Virus record (IMG/VR): IMGVR_UViG_3300010352_001897
Source of the DNA: an uncultured virus (IMG/VR IMGVR_UViG_3300010352_001897)
Lineage: Duplodnaviria > Heunggongvirae > Uroviricota > Caudoviricetes
Direction: 5' to 3' (one strand)
DNA: 43,546 nucleotides
The notes under the pieces are model-generated. The model was not told the DNA's origin, did not search any database, and saw only the letters and a program-made list of their open reading frames with translations. Of this stretch, positions 27,932 to 37,178 are shown piece after piece. A program made the position numbers and the translations under genes. Each line of letters opens with the position of its first letter. Positions within the stretch are counted from its first letter, which is position 1.

Positions 27932-28877
27932 TCTAGCCGTAATTGTTGGTCGCTTTCAAGTTCCCTTTCCGACTGAAGCCCACATTGACTTAATCCAACA
28001 CGCCATCGACGTATATGACAATGTGATTATTTTTATTGGACATTCTCCTAAGCCCAATAGACTGAACATTGTTCCACATAACCTTATTAAAGAAACTATT
28101 GAAAAAATATGTCTTCGTAGGGTTTCCAATACTAACAAAAAAGCAATTGTTAGTACAATTCAAGACGTTTATAATCCTCAGGCATGGAGTTATCTCCTTG
28201 ACGCTAAGATCCTAGAGTTATGTGTTCAAAATAACATCTCCTGCAATAATGCAGTTGCCCTTGGTGGGAGAGATAGTTTTGTATTCTCGTATAAGGGGAA
28301 ATTGTTGACCCCTGAAATATATAGATCTCATCTAGGTGATGAAATGAGCGCCTCGCAAATAAGGAAGGAAATTCTTAATAAAGGTCCAAGAAATACTCCT
28401 GAATTTATTAGTGGTATGATATATCAGAGGCTTTCCCAATATCCAACGGCTTTCCAAACTGTCGATATTGCCATTGAAAATAATGGACATTATCTACTTG
28501 GACATCGTGAAGGTATTAGTAAGTATAGGTTTATTGGAGGTTTTTCTGATCCAGAATCTAATAGTTTAGAAGATGATGCCGTCAGGGAGGTCTTTGAAGA
28601 GACTCAACTGGAGGTCACTGACATTAAATACATCAAGTCAACAAAAATTAATGATGTCAGGTATGCCAACACCGGAGATAGCATTAAAACCGCATTCTTC
28701 CATGCATCAACACAGACATTTGGAACTGCCTCGTGTGCCGAACCTGCGACTAAGAATGGGTTTGACGATATGCCATATCTTAGGTGGTTCAGATTTGAAG
28801 ACATTACTGAAAATATGTTAGTTAGCGAACATGTAATTCTTTTCAACATGCTTAAGAAATATAGGGAGACATTGTAA
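27924..28877 (+). CDS. nadM: Bifunctional NMN/NaMN adenylyltransferase - Nudix (ADP-ribose) hydrolase
   Basis: VGRFQVP..TEAH (HxGH-like), SASQIR, TVD, Nudix box GGF.D.....LEDDAVREVFEET.L. Confidence 0.88.
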   Translation: MANLAVIVGRFQVPFPTEAHIDLIQHAIDVYDNVIIFIGHSPKPNRLNIVPHNLIKETIEKICLRRVSNTNKKAIVSTIQDVYNPQAWSYLLDAKILELCVQNNISCNNAVALGGRDSFVFSYKGKLLTPEIYRSHLGDEMSASQIRKEILNKGPRNTPEFISGMIYQRLSQYPTAFQTVDIAIENNGHYLLGHREGISKYRFIGGFSDPESNSLEDDAVREVFEETQLEVTDIKYIKSTKINDVRYANTGDSIKTAFFHASTQTFGTASCAEPATKNGFDDMPYLRWFRFEDITENMLVSEHVILFNMLKKYRETL

Positions 28878-30550
28878 TGAATAAGAAAATTGCAATGGCT
28901 CAGATTGAAGTTAAGACTGGCGACATTAATGGAAATGTCGAACGAGTGTTGTCTAACGTACAGAAGGCATTTGCTGAAAATGCTGACTTTATTCTTTTCC
29001 CAGAAATGACCATTAGTGGATATAATTGTGGCGACTTGTTCGAAAAAGTGGCATTTATTGATGAATGCCAACGTGGACTCATGTCCATTGTTAAGGAGTC
29101 GAACAACTATCCAGACTTGGTTATTATTTTGGGATGTCCTAGATTTCAAAAGAGAAATCTCTATAATTCTGCCTATGTAATTATGAATGGAATTATTATC
29201 GATAGATATGATAAGCAACTTCTTGCCAATGATTATCACCATGAAGATCGGAAATATTTCAAAGCCGGAACCTCCAACAAAACAGTGTATCTGAAAGGTA
29301 TTAAGTTTGGTATTATTATTTGTGAAGACGGGTGGACCGAAAACGGATATGGTAGAGATATCGTTAATGAATTGAACGCTGAACATGTTGATGTGATTTT
29401 TAGTCTTAATTTCAGTTATTTTACGTACAACAAGAAACAAATTCGTGAGAGTTTGTTCAGAAAGAAATATGGATGTCCAATTGTATATGTAAATTGTGTA
29501 GGTGTTGGAGATATCACTAAGAATTTCATTCTGTATGATGGGAATTCTTTCTATACTGAAGGCAACAATAATCTTACATATATGGAGAATGCTGATTTCA
29601 AAGAAGCGTTCCAAGTAATTAATCTTACCCATGCAACCATAGATTCTTTGGCGCACAATGTTCGGCATAATGAACGTGACCATAAGTATTTTGACATTCA
29701 CAGTGCAATTCTATATGCTCAGAAAAATATCTTTAACCAGTGTGGAATGAAAGTCGCACAGGTTCACATTAGCGGAGGAATTGACTCTGCAATTGTAGGG
29801 TATTTTGCCGTGAAGGCTATGGGTAAAGAGAATGTAGTCTTTATTACTCAGCCTTCTAAGAATAATGGACAAGAGACACTCAACAATGCATATCAATTAG
29901 CCAATGCACTGGGAGTTGAACTAATCAGTGATCCGATTGTTGATTATATTCAAATTTATAAGGAAAAAAGCCCTGACTACACTAAGGCTCAGATTGCCTC
30001 TTTTGAAGCAACTCTTAGAAAATCCTTAGGGTTCTCGTACACCCACAAGTATAAGAGTGGAGTTGTTGCCTGTGGGAACCATACTGAAAATGTTCTTGGG
30101 TTCTTTGGGTTTGGTGATATTGGTAGCATGGGAGTGTACCAGCCTATTGGTGATTTGACCAAAGTTGAGCTATATGAACTTGCCAAGTGCATTAATGAAG
30201 AAATTGAACATTGTGAAATTATTCCTAAGAGACTATACAATGGTGAAATGAAACCTGCCGCAGAGCTAGAAGATATTAAGGAAGACCCTTTTGATTATGA
30301 GATTATGAGTGTAATTTGTGAAAAGATTATTAGAGAAGGTGAAACTCCTAAGCAAATATTCAATGAACTCCGTACTGCATTTAGGTACAGTGGATTGAGT
30401 GATGAATATTTGTCTGAAAATATTGATAAGGCGTGGACCTTGAGTAAGAGGAGCGTATACAAGCGAGCACAGTCGGCACCTGTACTTATTTTGAGCAATA
30501 GGAGCATTGGGTTTAGCTCTAGAGAGACGATTATTAATCATTATAAGTAA
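28877..30550 (+). CDS. nadE: Glutamine-dependent NAD+ synthetase
   Basis: Nitrilase domain (GDINGN, FPEM.ISGY, YDK..L, ICED.W) plus synthetase domain (SGGIDSA, GN.TE..LG, GD, PIGDLTK, P.AEL, YKRAQSAP). Confidence 0.93.
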   Translation: MNKKIAMAQIEVKTGDINGNVERVLSNVQKAFAENADFILFPEMTISGYNCGDLFEKVAFIDECQRGLMSIVKESNNYPDLVIILGCPRFQKRNLYNSAYVIMNGIIIDRYDKQLLANDYHHEDRKYFKAGTSNKTVYLKGIKFGIIICEDGWTENGYGRDIVNELNAEHVDVIFSLNFSYFTYNKKQIRESLFRKKYGCPIVYVNCVGVGDITKNFILYDGNSFYTEGNNNLTYMENADFKEAFQVINLTHATIDSLAHNVRHNERDHKYFDIHSAILYAQKNIFNQCGMKVAQVHISGGIDSAIVGYFAVKAMGKENVVFITQPSKNNGQETLNNAYQLANALGVELISDPIVDYIQIYKEKSPDYTKAQIASFEATLRKSLGFSYTHKYKSGVVACGNHTENVLGFFGFGDIGSMGVYQPIGDLTKVELYELAKCINEEIEHCEIIPKRLYNGEMKPAAELEDIKEDPFDYEIMSVICEKIIREGETPKQIFNELRTAFRYSGLSDEYLSENIDKAWTLSKRSVYKRAQSAPVLILSNRSIGFSSRETIINHYK

Positions 30551-30607
30551 TTGGAAATAATGACCTAACCATTATTTCAATATTTTTTAAAATAGTCTAA
30601 TATTTAG

Positions 30608-30636
30608 GGGCCTGAACAATGTTCAGGCTCTTTTTT
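30608..30636 (+). terminator. Intrinsic terminator after the NAD operon
   Basis: GGGCCTGAAC-AAT-GTTCAGGCTC followed by T6. Confidence 0.8.
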
Positions 30637-30650
30637 GTTACCCTTTTGAC

Positions 30651-31163
30651 ATGCAACTAGAACTACCCCTTGACCTTCCAAAAATTGAGAGCCCTATGAT
30701 TAAACTACGTGGATTTAATGTCGTCTCAAAATACGCTTCGGATCCGATCATCATGCCCTCTAGGGCTACCAAGAAGTCCGCAGGATACGACATCTACAAC
30801 CAGACAGGTGCGGATATTGTACTTGAACCTGGGGAGCTATCTAAAAAGATTACCACGAAATTGTCAGCATATATGCAGGACGATGAAGTCCTACTCCTGT
30901 ATCCCAGGAGCGGACTAGGCTTCACCTATTCAGTTAGGCTTGCCAACACTGTTGGAGTCATCGACGCTGACTATAATCAGTCTGCAAATGAGGGTGAAAT
31001 TTTTGTTAAGCTTCACAATCAAGGCTCTGAACGCTTAGTAATTCCAAATGGTGAAGCTTTTGCTCAGGGAATATTCACCAAATGGTTGCTGATTGATGGA
31101 GATGACCACAATACTGGAGCAGACCGCAACGGTGGATTTGGCTCAACTACTGGAAAGAAATAA
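30651..31163 (+). CDS. dut: Trimeric dUTPase
   Basis: SAGYD, PRSGLG, GVIDADY, AQGIF, RNGGFGST. Confidence 0.95.
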   Translation: MQLELPLDLPKIESPMIKLRGFNVVSKYASDPIIMPSRATKKSAGYDIYNQTGADIVLEPGELSKKITTKLSAYMQDDEVLLLYPRSGLGFTYSVRLANTVGVIDADYNQSANEGEIFVKLHNQGSERLVIPNGEAFAQGIFTKWLLIDGDDHNTGADRNGGFGSTTGKK

Positions 31164-32008
31164 TGGCCGTAGATAAATCCGTAACACTCTCTAAAGAACT
31201 ATTTAAGATCTTTGCGTCATTAAATGTTAAGAACGTTCTAGGAAAAACAATAGCAATTAGAAAGACGGATGACGGACACGCTTGTGCTAGGTTTGATGAA
31301 GGTAGTAAGAATGTGTTCTTCTACCTTTTATTTGACGAATATTCCTTTAATTTCCCTAATAATGAAATATGCTTCAATGATATTGGAGTGTTTCTGGAGA
31401 TTTGTAAAAGACAAGGATTTGGGAAAGATCCTACTTTTAAGATGAGTAGAATGGCCGACAAGCGAGGCGGAGATATTATTCAGGTGTACAATAAAAAGTC
31501 GGCAATGACATATCGACTATATAATCTAAACGCATATCCTGAAGATATTGGACTTGCAGAAGACTTGACGGTAAAAACTGTTGGAACGAATGTAAGCGAT
31601 ATTGTTGTTGACGACGTTGACCCTGAGTCATTTTCAATACTATTAACCGCTAGCGAAATTGACGACATTTCTGATTGTTGCAATAATCAACACTTCAAAT
31701 GTGACACGTTCTATTTCTCAAAAAAGACTGATTGTTTGGTATTGTGTTTCACTGGACCAAATGATATGGAATATCGTCTTAGAATTGAGAGAGAGCGAAT
31801 TAATAATTTTGATAAGATTGATGTTGGAGAAGAAATTAAATTCGGATTTAATTGCTTCAGTATGATGGCACAGATTGGATGGGATTATAAGATATCGCTA
31901 TTAAATCAAGATAGTCACTACAACGTATTGTGTACTTCTCAATTAATAGTTGATAATCAGTCTATTAAGTCAGTAATGCTGGCTTCATCTAGAGTCTCTA
32001 ACGAATAA
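31163..32008 (+). CDS. gp45: Probable sliding clamp (gp45-like)
   Basis: LSKE...IFASLN start and F...I.D...FL pattern; immediately upstream of the clamp loader as in T4. Mainly synteny. Confidence 0.55.
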   Translation: MAVDKSVTLSKELFKIFASLNVKNVLGKTIAIRKTDDGHACARFDEGSKNVFFYLLFDEYSFNFPNNEICFNDIGVFLEICKRQGFGKDPTFKMSRMADKRGGDIIQVYNKKSAMTYRLYNLNAYPEDIGLAEDLTVKTVGTNVSDIVVDDVDPESFSILLTASEIDDISDCCNNQHFKCDTFYFSKKTDCLVLCFTGPNDMEYRLRIERERINNFDKIDVGEEIKFGFNCFSMMAQIGWDYKISLLNQDSHYNVLCTSQLIVDNQSIKSVMLASSRVSNE

Positions 32009-32020
32009 GTAGAGGAACAA

Positions 32021-33031
32021 ATGGATCACAGAGAACATATTTGGGTTGAAAAGTATCGTCCTCAGAAGATCGAAGACTTATGTCTTCCTGAGGAATGTGA
32101 TGAGAATTTGCAGGTAAATTCTTATGAGAAGATGATCTTCTTGGCAGACCTTAGGTTGGTGCGTCAGATTATTAGCAATCCATCTGGATTGCTTAATATG
32201 TGTTTCTTCTCTGAGGAATATGGTACAGGTAAGACATCTACCCTTAAGCTAATAGCAAAGTTAATAGGTGCTAAGACAAAGGTTATTAATGCTTCTCTTG
32301 GTGTGGATGTTAGCACTATTGAGAATGAAATGTTAAGCTTTGCTCGTTTCAATTCATTTAAGAGTGAAAATTCTCCAAAGATAATCATTCTTGAGGAAAT
32401 GGAAGGTGCTAAGGCTAAGTCATTCCAGGAGCCCTTAAAGGCCGCACTGGAAGACATCTCCAATACTACTCGAATTGGAGTTTCTACCAATAACATTGAC
32501 GGTGTTATTGGAGCCCTACTCTCTAGAATGGTTAAGGTTAATTTCAGTCACACTAATCCAAAATATGTGAAGGAAGTTAAGCGTAAGCAATTAAACAGAC
32601 TCATTTATATTGCAAAAAACGAAGATATTGAATATGATGAAAATTTATTCAAACAGTTAATTGATAATAACTATCCAGATTTCAGAACGGCAATTCATAA
32701 TGCCCAGATGATATATAATCTATCTGGCAAATTGTCAATGACGGATATGAAGAGTGAAGTATTCACGTATCAAAGTGTATGTGAAGCTCTACTTAAGGGT
32801 GATTATAGTACTGCAAGATCAGAATATTTAAAAATGCAAATTAACCCAAGTATTTACATTACGATGCTTAGGTTTTTTGAGAAACAAGATCTTAAACCTT
32901 TGACTAAATTAGATATCATTACTTCTATTGGACAAGCTAGCAACTTCCACAACGAGGCTACTAACAAGGAAGTAAATATTGCTTTCATGTTCTCAAACAT
33001 CTGTCGCGCAATCTTGGAGTCTAAAAAATGA
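32021..33031 (+). CDS. gp44: Clamp loader large subunit (gp44-like AAA+)
   Basis: WVEKYRP, GTGKTS, INAS, IILEE, LLSR, YPDFR. Confidence 0.92.
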   Translation: MDHREHIWVEKYRPQKIEDLCLPEECDENLQVNSYEKMIFLADLRLVRQIISNPSGLLNMCFFSEEYGTGKTSTLKLIAKLIGAKTKVINASLGVDVSTIENEMLSFARFNSFKSENSPKIIILEEMEGAKAKSFQEPLKAALEDISNTTRIGVSTNNIDGVIGALLSRMVKVNFSHTNPKYVKEVKRKQLNRLIYIAKNEDIEYDENLFKQLIDNNYPDFRTAIHNAQMIYNLSGKLSMTDMKSEVFTYQSVCEALLKGDYSTARSEYLKMQINPSIYITMLRFFEKQDLKPLTKLDIITSIGQASNFHNEATNKEVNIAFMFSNICRAILESKK

Positions 33032-33534
33032 GTGAAGTCCTTAAAGTAAATAACACGTACACTACCTTTGACGGTTACCAAGTAATCATTAAGTCGAAAT
33101 ATGCTAATTTATTTTTAGCGGAAGTGGAAATTGATGATGATACTTACCAAGTCACATATGATGGCAATGGAACATGTATTACGTTTCCAACTAATATTGG
33201 GTTTAGTGGTCCTGAGTTTGATATTGTGATCGAACCTGAAGATATTTCAACAGATTCATGTCAGGATGAATGTTGTGAAAGTGACTGTTGTGAGAGTTGC
33301 GATGAGGAGTCACCATATGATGCATGTGATGAGGGATCTTGTTGCAAAGATCATGACAATAAACTAATAAACCTCGTATGTTATAGTGTAATAGAAAATT
33401 TAACTGAGAGACTTAATGAGATTAGTGTAGATGTCAAACGTAATCCTTCAAATGAAGTACATTGGAATGCCTATAATTCAATTCTTTCCAATCTGTATAT
33501 GTGGGTAACTAAGCTAGAACAGTTCGGAAGGTAA
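33028..33534 (+). CDS. Hypothetical protein with central Cys/acidic-rich segment
   Basis: ATGA-coupled; SCQDECCESDCCESCDEE...CDEGSCC. Confidence 0.6.
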   Translation: MSEVLKVNNTYTTFDGYQVIIKSKYANLFLAEVEIDDDTYQVTYDGNGTCITFPTNIGFSGPEFDIVIEPEDISTDSCQDECCESDCCESCDEESPYDACDEGSCCKDHDNKLINLVCYSVIENLTERLNEISVDVKRNPSNEVHWNAYNSILSNLYMWVTKLEQFGR

Positions 33535-33539
33535 TTTAG

Positions 33540-34025
33540 TTGAATAGTCCTGACTTGGATATTGAATATAATAAACATCTCAAGAGCTTAGAGGAAACTT
33601 TAAGCTCTCCTTTGGATGATTATGAATTTAAATCAAAATATGAAAGTATCCCTGACGACATTTTTAAATTATTGAATGAAACGAATCCAGATGGATCACT
33701 CAATAATTCACCAAATGTTGTTATACTTTCTATTGTAAACCTTAGTGAAAGTAATCCATGCGGGGTTTGCTCAGAAGCATTAGATCAATTAAAACAATGG
33801 GGACTTGACAATGGAGCAATAGGTGATGGAAAGGTGAGAATCTTAGTAGTTCCGGTTCCAGGGCTTGACGATAAAAAACTCTGGAGAAAATTAGGAATTA
33901 ATGAAGAGGACGTACCTAGACATTACATATTCAACAGAAATTTAGCTCTTGTTGATGTAGTTGATGGAATAATGACTGGTGGATACATAGAAACGTTTTA
34001 CGGAGAGATGATAAATGCAAGATAA
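33540..34025 (+). CDS. Thioredoxin-fold protein
   Basis: CGVC motif and VPRHYIF (cis-Pro-like) followed by beta-strand and G. Confidence 0.55.
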   Translation: MNSPDLDIEYNKHLKSLEETLSSPLDDYEFKSKYESIPDDIFKLLNETNPDGSLNNSPNVVILSIVNLSESNPCGVCSEALDQLKQWGLDNGAIGDGKVRILVVPVPGLDDKKLWRKLGINEEDVPRHYIFNRNLALVDVVDGIMTGGYIETFYGEMINAR

Positions 34026-34212
34026 GAATAAGGTCTTTGACGCACTAGATATACTAAACACAATGAACATGGAATTTGAAAAGTTCGTTGGGGATTGCTC
34101 ACATTGCCTAACCTATGGGACTGGGAAGGTCCAGTTTTCATGTAATCAGGTAGGCTATTGCCCATGCTTTCTGACTCCAGAACAGAAAGCTAAGTTGGAG
34201 ATATTGAAGTGA
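34015..34212 (+). CDS. Small Cys-rich hypothetical protein
   Basis: GGAG upstream; CSHC...C...CPC. Confidence 0.55.
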   Translation: MQDKNKVFDALDILNTMNMEFEKFVGDCSHCLTYGTGKVQFSCNQVGYCPCFLTPEQKAKLEILK

Positions 34213-34421
34213 CCAAACACATAAAGGTCGTAAATCATAATTATAATTCACATTGGTTTGCAGGTATTGGTAGTATTGTTGCGGTAATATTGAGTTACGC
34301 AATGAATCACTCTGTCCTGTGGGCAATATTACATTTCATGTTGTCATGGATGTATGTAATATATGCGGCATTGGTCCGATCAAAAGAAATAATTCCAGCA
34401 CTTCAGAATATGTTCATGTAA
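34209..34421 (+). CDS. Small membrane protein
   Basis: Two hydrophobic segments; S...N.S.LWAILH..LSW.YVIY. Confidence 0.7.
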   Translation: MTKHIKVVNHNYNSHWFAGIGSIVAVILSYAMNHSVLWAILHFMLSWMYVIYAALVRSKEIIPALQNMFM

Positions 34422-34424
34422 TCG

Positions 34425-34452
34425 AAGACCAACCAGCAATGGTTGGTCTTTT
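34425..34452 (+). terminator. Intrinsic terminator
   Basis: AAGACCAACCA-GCAA-TGGTTGGTCTT, 11-bp stem with GNRA loop, then T-rich tail. Confidence 0.8.
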
Positions 34453-34456
34453 AATT

Positions 34457-34464
34457 TATAAATA
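34457..34464 (+). promoter_or_regulatory. T4-type late promoter TATAAATA
   Basis: Exact consensus directly after a terminator and 5 nt before ATG 34470. Confidence 0.75.
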
Positions 34465-34469
34465 ATTGT

Positions 34470-34673
34470 ATGATTATTCTGGAAGAAGAATATAACGGAA
34501 AGCCTGTATTCAAGGTTAATTTTTTGGATTTCTGTAAGCTAGTTTGTAGAGATGAAAGAAGAACTAAATTCTCATTAGATAATGATGCATTAATGGAACA
34601 CATTATTAAAACAAGATATTCAAAGAATTATGTGGTGAATTATGAAGGAATTATGCATATTCCTAAGAAATAA
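34470..34673 (+). CDS. Hypothetical protein
   Basis: 67-aa ORF directly after TATAAATA. Confidence 0.6.
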   Translation: MIILEEEYNGKPVFKVNFLDFCKLVCRDERRTKFSLDNDALMEHIIKTRYSKNYVVNYEGIMHIPKK

Positions 34674-34691
34674 TGTATCTAAATATTATCC

Positions 34692-35705
34692 ATGGCAGTA
34701 AAACTCAATAGTAACATAATAAACATATACGGTGATAATCTAGAGTCTTGCCTATATGCCAGATACCTTGCAGACAAGCACCCTGAAAAGAAGATTATAC
34801 ATAGAAGTACAGGGAAATATGGCGGAGTGTATAATGAATCCACCGGAATGGTTGGTATGTTGACTCAGGCCCAGGTTGATAAGATCTCAGAATACATTAA
34901 TATTAGTTTTGATGTCATTAGTGAAACTTATGTGAAGGTTCCGTATAATAAGATTAAAATTAAGAACACTTCAGATGGAAATATTAGATTTCCATTCAAT
35001 AGAAAGTCGTTTGAATCTGAATTTGATTATGACGACATAATAATGTCAACCCCTACATATGAAATGTTCATGACACAGTTCAAGCAGAGCAAGAACATTG
35101 TTAAGTGTCTGAAAGAAATCTTTTCTGATGATTTTTATATGGACGTGATTAAGAAGATAGGTACTAATTTTTTCAACATCACACAAAGTCAGCTTGACCC
35201 TAAGTACATTTATAAGCACTTATTGCATTTAGAGTCATTAGCAAGTTCAGAATATATTCTTCAATACACGCCTAAGGAAGGATATACTGTATTATGTGAG
35301 GCATTATTGAATTGTTCAAATATTGAAAAATCAATCGAAGATCGAGTTTCAATAAAGAGATATGTTAGAAACAATAATGAATTAAATTACTTATTTGAAT
35401 ATTATGACTATTATATGGATTTTATTTTCGGATCAATAGAATATATTAAATATGGAATTACTCTTCATAAGACCACATTGTTTAGGGCTGACGGAATCTC
35501 AAAAACAATATCTCCATATGATAAGAAGTATGGGCAATATATTCAAATAGAATCAAACATATATGGAATTACCACTACGCCTTACGAAATAACAGCAAAT
35601 GATTTCGATGCTTGTATTCCAATGCCCACATATAATAATGTTAAGAAGATTCAGGAATACAACTCATTAATCAACAACATCCCAAACATTAAGATGTTTT
35701 ATTGA
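34692..35705 (+). CDS. Divergent UDP-galactopyranose mutase-like protein
   Basis: Degenerate Rossmann start (IYGDNLESCLYARYLA...GG), FPFN, P.EGYT.L.E.LL, DYYMDFIFG.I.Y and P.P...N....Y in Glf order. Confidence 0.5.
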   Translation: MAVKLNSNIINIYGDNLESCLYARYLADKHPEKKIIHRSTGKYGGVYNESTGMVGMLTQAQVDKISEYINISFDVISETYVKVPYNKIKIKNTSDGNIRFPFNRKSFESEFDYDDIIMSTPTYEMFMTQFKQSKNIVKCLKEIFSDDFYMDVIKKIGTNFFNITQSQLDPKYIYKHLLHLESLASSEYILQYTPKEGYTVLCEALLNCSNIEKSIEDRVSIKRYVRNNNELNYLFEYYDYYMDFIFGSIEYIKYGITLHKTTLFRADGISKTISPYDKKYGQYIQIESNIYGITTTPYEITANDFDACIPMPTYNNVKKIQEYNSLINNIPNIKMFY

Positions 35706-35733
35706 TAAATATTCTCAACTAGGAGAATAAAAA

Positions 35734-36246
35734 ATGACTGCATTTGATATTACAATGGACTTCGTTCTAGCATTTGAAGGGGGTTATGTGTTTGATCCAC
35801 ATGACCCTGGCGGTGAGACTAATTTAGGTGTCACTGATATGCAGGATGGTAAGGTTGACCGCATGGTTGACGTTAATGGGGACGGTAGCTTGATGGTTCC
35901 TATCAAAGATTTAACTAAAGAGCAAGCAAAAGTTGTTTATAAAAGAAATTATTGGAATCCAATGCATGGAGACGAACTCCCAGGAGGAGTCGCACTTATA
36001 TTGGTAGACACTGCAATCAATATGGGAGTGCGTCAGGCAACAAAGATAATTCAGAAGGTTTCTGGCCTAACTGTTGACGGAGTTTATGGTCCAAAAACTC
36101 TAGAGGCCGCTAAGGTATTAGATGTTGAGAAATACGGTGAAGCTAGATTGGCAATTTATCAGCAACTAAAAGGCTGGCCTAGATATGGTAAGGGCTGGGC
36201 TAGAAGAAATGAATCGGCAGTTAAGACTGCGAAGGGGATGTTATAA
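35734..36246 (+). CDS. Endolysin, glycoside hydrolase family 108
   Basis: EGGY, DPGGETNLGV, Y...YW, D.A.N.G, DG..GP.T, YGKGW.RR. Confidence 0.92.
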   Translation: MTAFDITMDFVLAFEGGYVFDPHDPGGETNLGVTDMQDGKVDRMVDVNGDGSLMVPIKDLTKEQAKVVYKRNYWNPMHGDELPGGVALILVDTAINMGVRQATKIIQKVSGLTVDGVYGPKTLEAAKVLDVEKYGEARLAIYQQLKGWPRYGKGWARRNESAVKTAKGML

Positions 36247-36836
36247 TGAAAAGTAAGCTAACAATGTTCATTGTAATGTTGGCGATGTGTGTTTGTTCAT
36301 TTTTCGTAGGAAGGACATATAGTCCAGTAATTGTTAATACTTCGAAGATAGATTCCATTGAAGTTAAAATCGATACTGTCTATAAACACACCACTGACAC
36401 TATTAGGATATTGAATTATCAAAAAATTAAGGTAGATTCAATATCACATTCTCAAATTAGCAACATTACAAAATTAAAATCTGATACTTCTGCAATAAAA
36501 AAGGTATTTGATTCGACATTTGTTAAGAGTTCAATTGATAGTTTGACTAATGTGGGATATTCTCAAATATACGGTGCTCTAGTTGTGAATAGTAAGTATA
36601 TGAGAGACTCTGCTAAACTTTCAATAACAGAAACTCAATTATCAATTTGTGGGAATGCATTAGATTCCATGTATGTGTTGAGTGGAACTTTGGCAGACAC
36701 TGCCCGTTCAATCGCAAAACAGGAATATAATAGAGGATATGTTGATGGGAATAAGATTGGATTTAAGACTGTAATTTCAGTAGCAACAGTAGCCACACTA
36801 TTAGGGTTGGCTAGTGGAATATACTTAACAAAGTAA
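36246..36836 (+). CDS. Membrane-anchored lysis accessory protein (spanin candidate)
   Basis: N-terminal signal/TM with LAMC and a C-terminal TM; directly after the endolysin. Confidence 0.45.
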   Translation: MKSKLTMFIVMLAMCVCSFFVGRTYSPVIVNTSKIDSIEVKIDTVYKHTTDTIRILNYQKIKVDSISHSQISNITKLKSDTSAIKKVFDSTFVKSSIDSLTNVGYSQIYGALVVNSKYMRDSAKLSITETQLSICGNALDSMYVLSGTLADTARSIAKQEYNRGYVDGNKIGFKTVISVATVATLLGLASGIYLTK

Positions 36837-36838
36837 CT

Positions 36839-37165
36839 TTATTCTTTAGTTTGTGTGTCAGGAGAGTCAACAGTGGTTGGCTCTTCTTTTTTTGTAATTG
36901 CACTAATTGTTGAACTCTTTAATGAAGTAATAGAATTTAGAAGCTGGCTAATTAAAGGTGCCGCATCTCCTTTGAAACATAGATAAATTAGCAAGAAAAG
37001 AATAATAATTAAGTGGCTCCAGTCAATTGGCTGATTTTTCTCTAATAGCTTATAAATTCCATACATTAACGCAATAAAAGTTAACCTGATTAATGAAACA
37101 CCGCCTTTCCAATCATCTGTGATTGGACTTAGCCAAAACCTGAAGAAATTGAGTAGGTATTTCAT
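36839..37165 (-). CDS. Two-TM membrane protein (holin candidate)
   Basis: Two hydrophobic helices and charged C-terminus; adjoins the lysis genes. Confidence 0.45.
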   Translation of the reverse strand: MKYLLNFFRFWLSPITDDWKGGVSLIRLTFIALMYGIYKLLEKNQPIDWSHLIIILFLLIYLCFKGDAAPLISQLLNSITSLKSSTISAITKKEEPTTVDSPDTQTKE

Positions 37166-37166
37166 A

Positions 37167-37178
37167 ATAAATATTTAG
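37167..37178. promoter_or_regulatory. Overlapping back-to-back late promoters (ATAAATATTTAG)
   Basis: ATAAATA (+) is 5 nt before ATG 37179; CTAAATA (-) is 6 nt before ATG 37165. Confidence 0.65.

Noticed and set aside
28604..29701. 365-aa minus-strand ORF
   Set aside because: Antisense shadow of nadM/nadE with no recognisable motifs.
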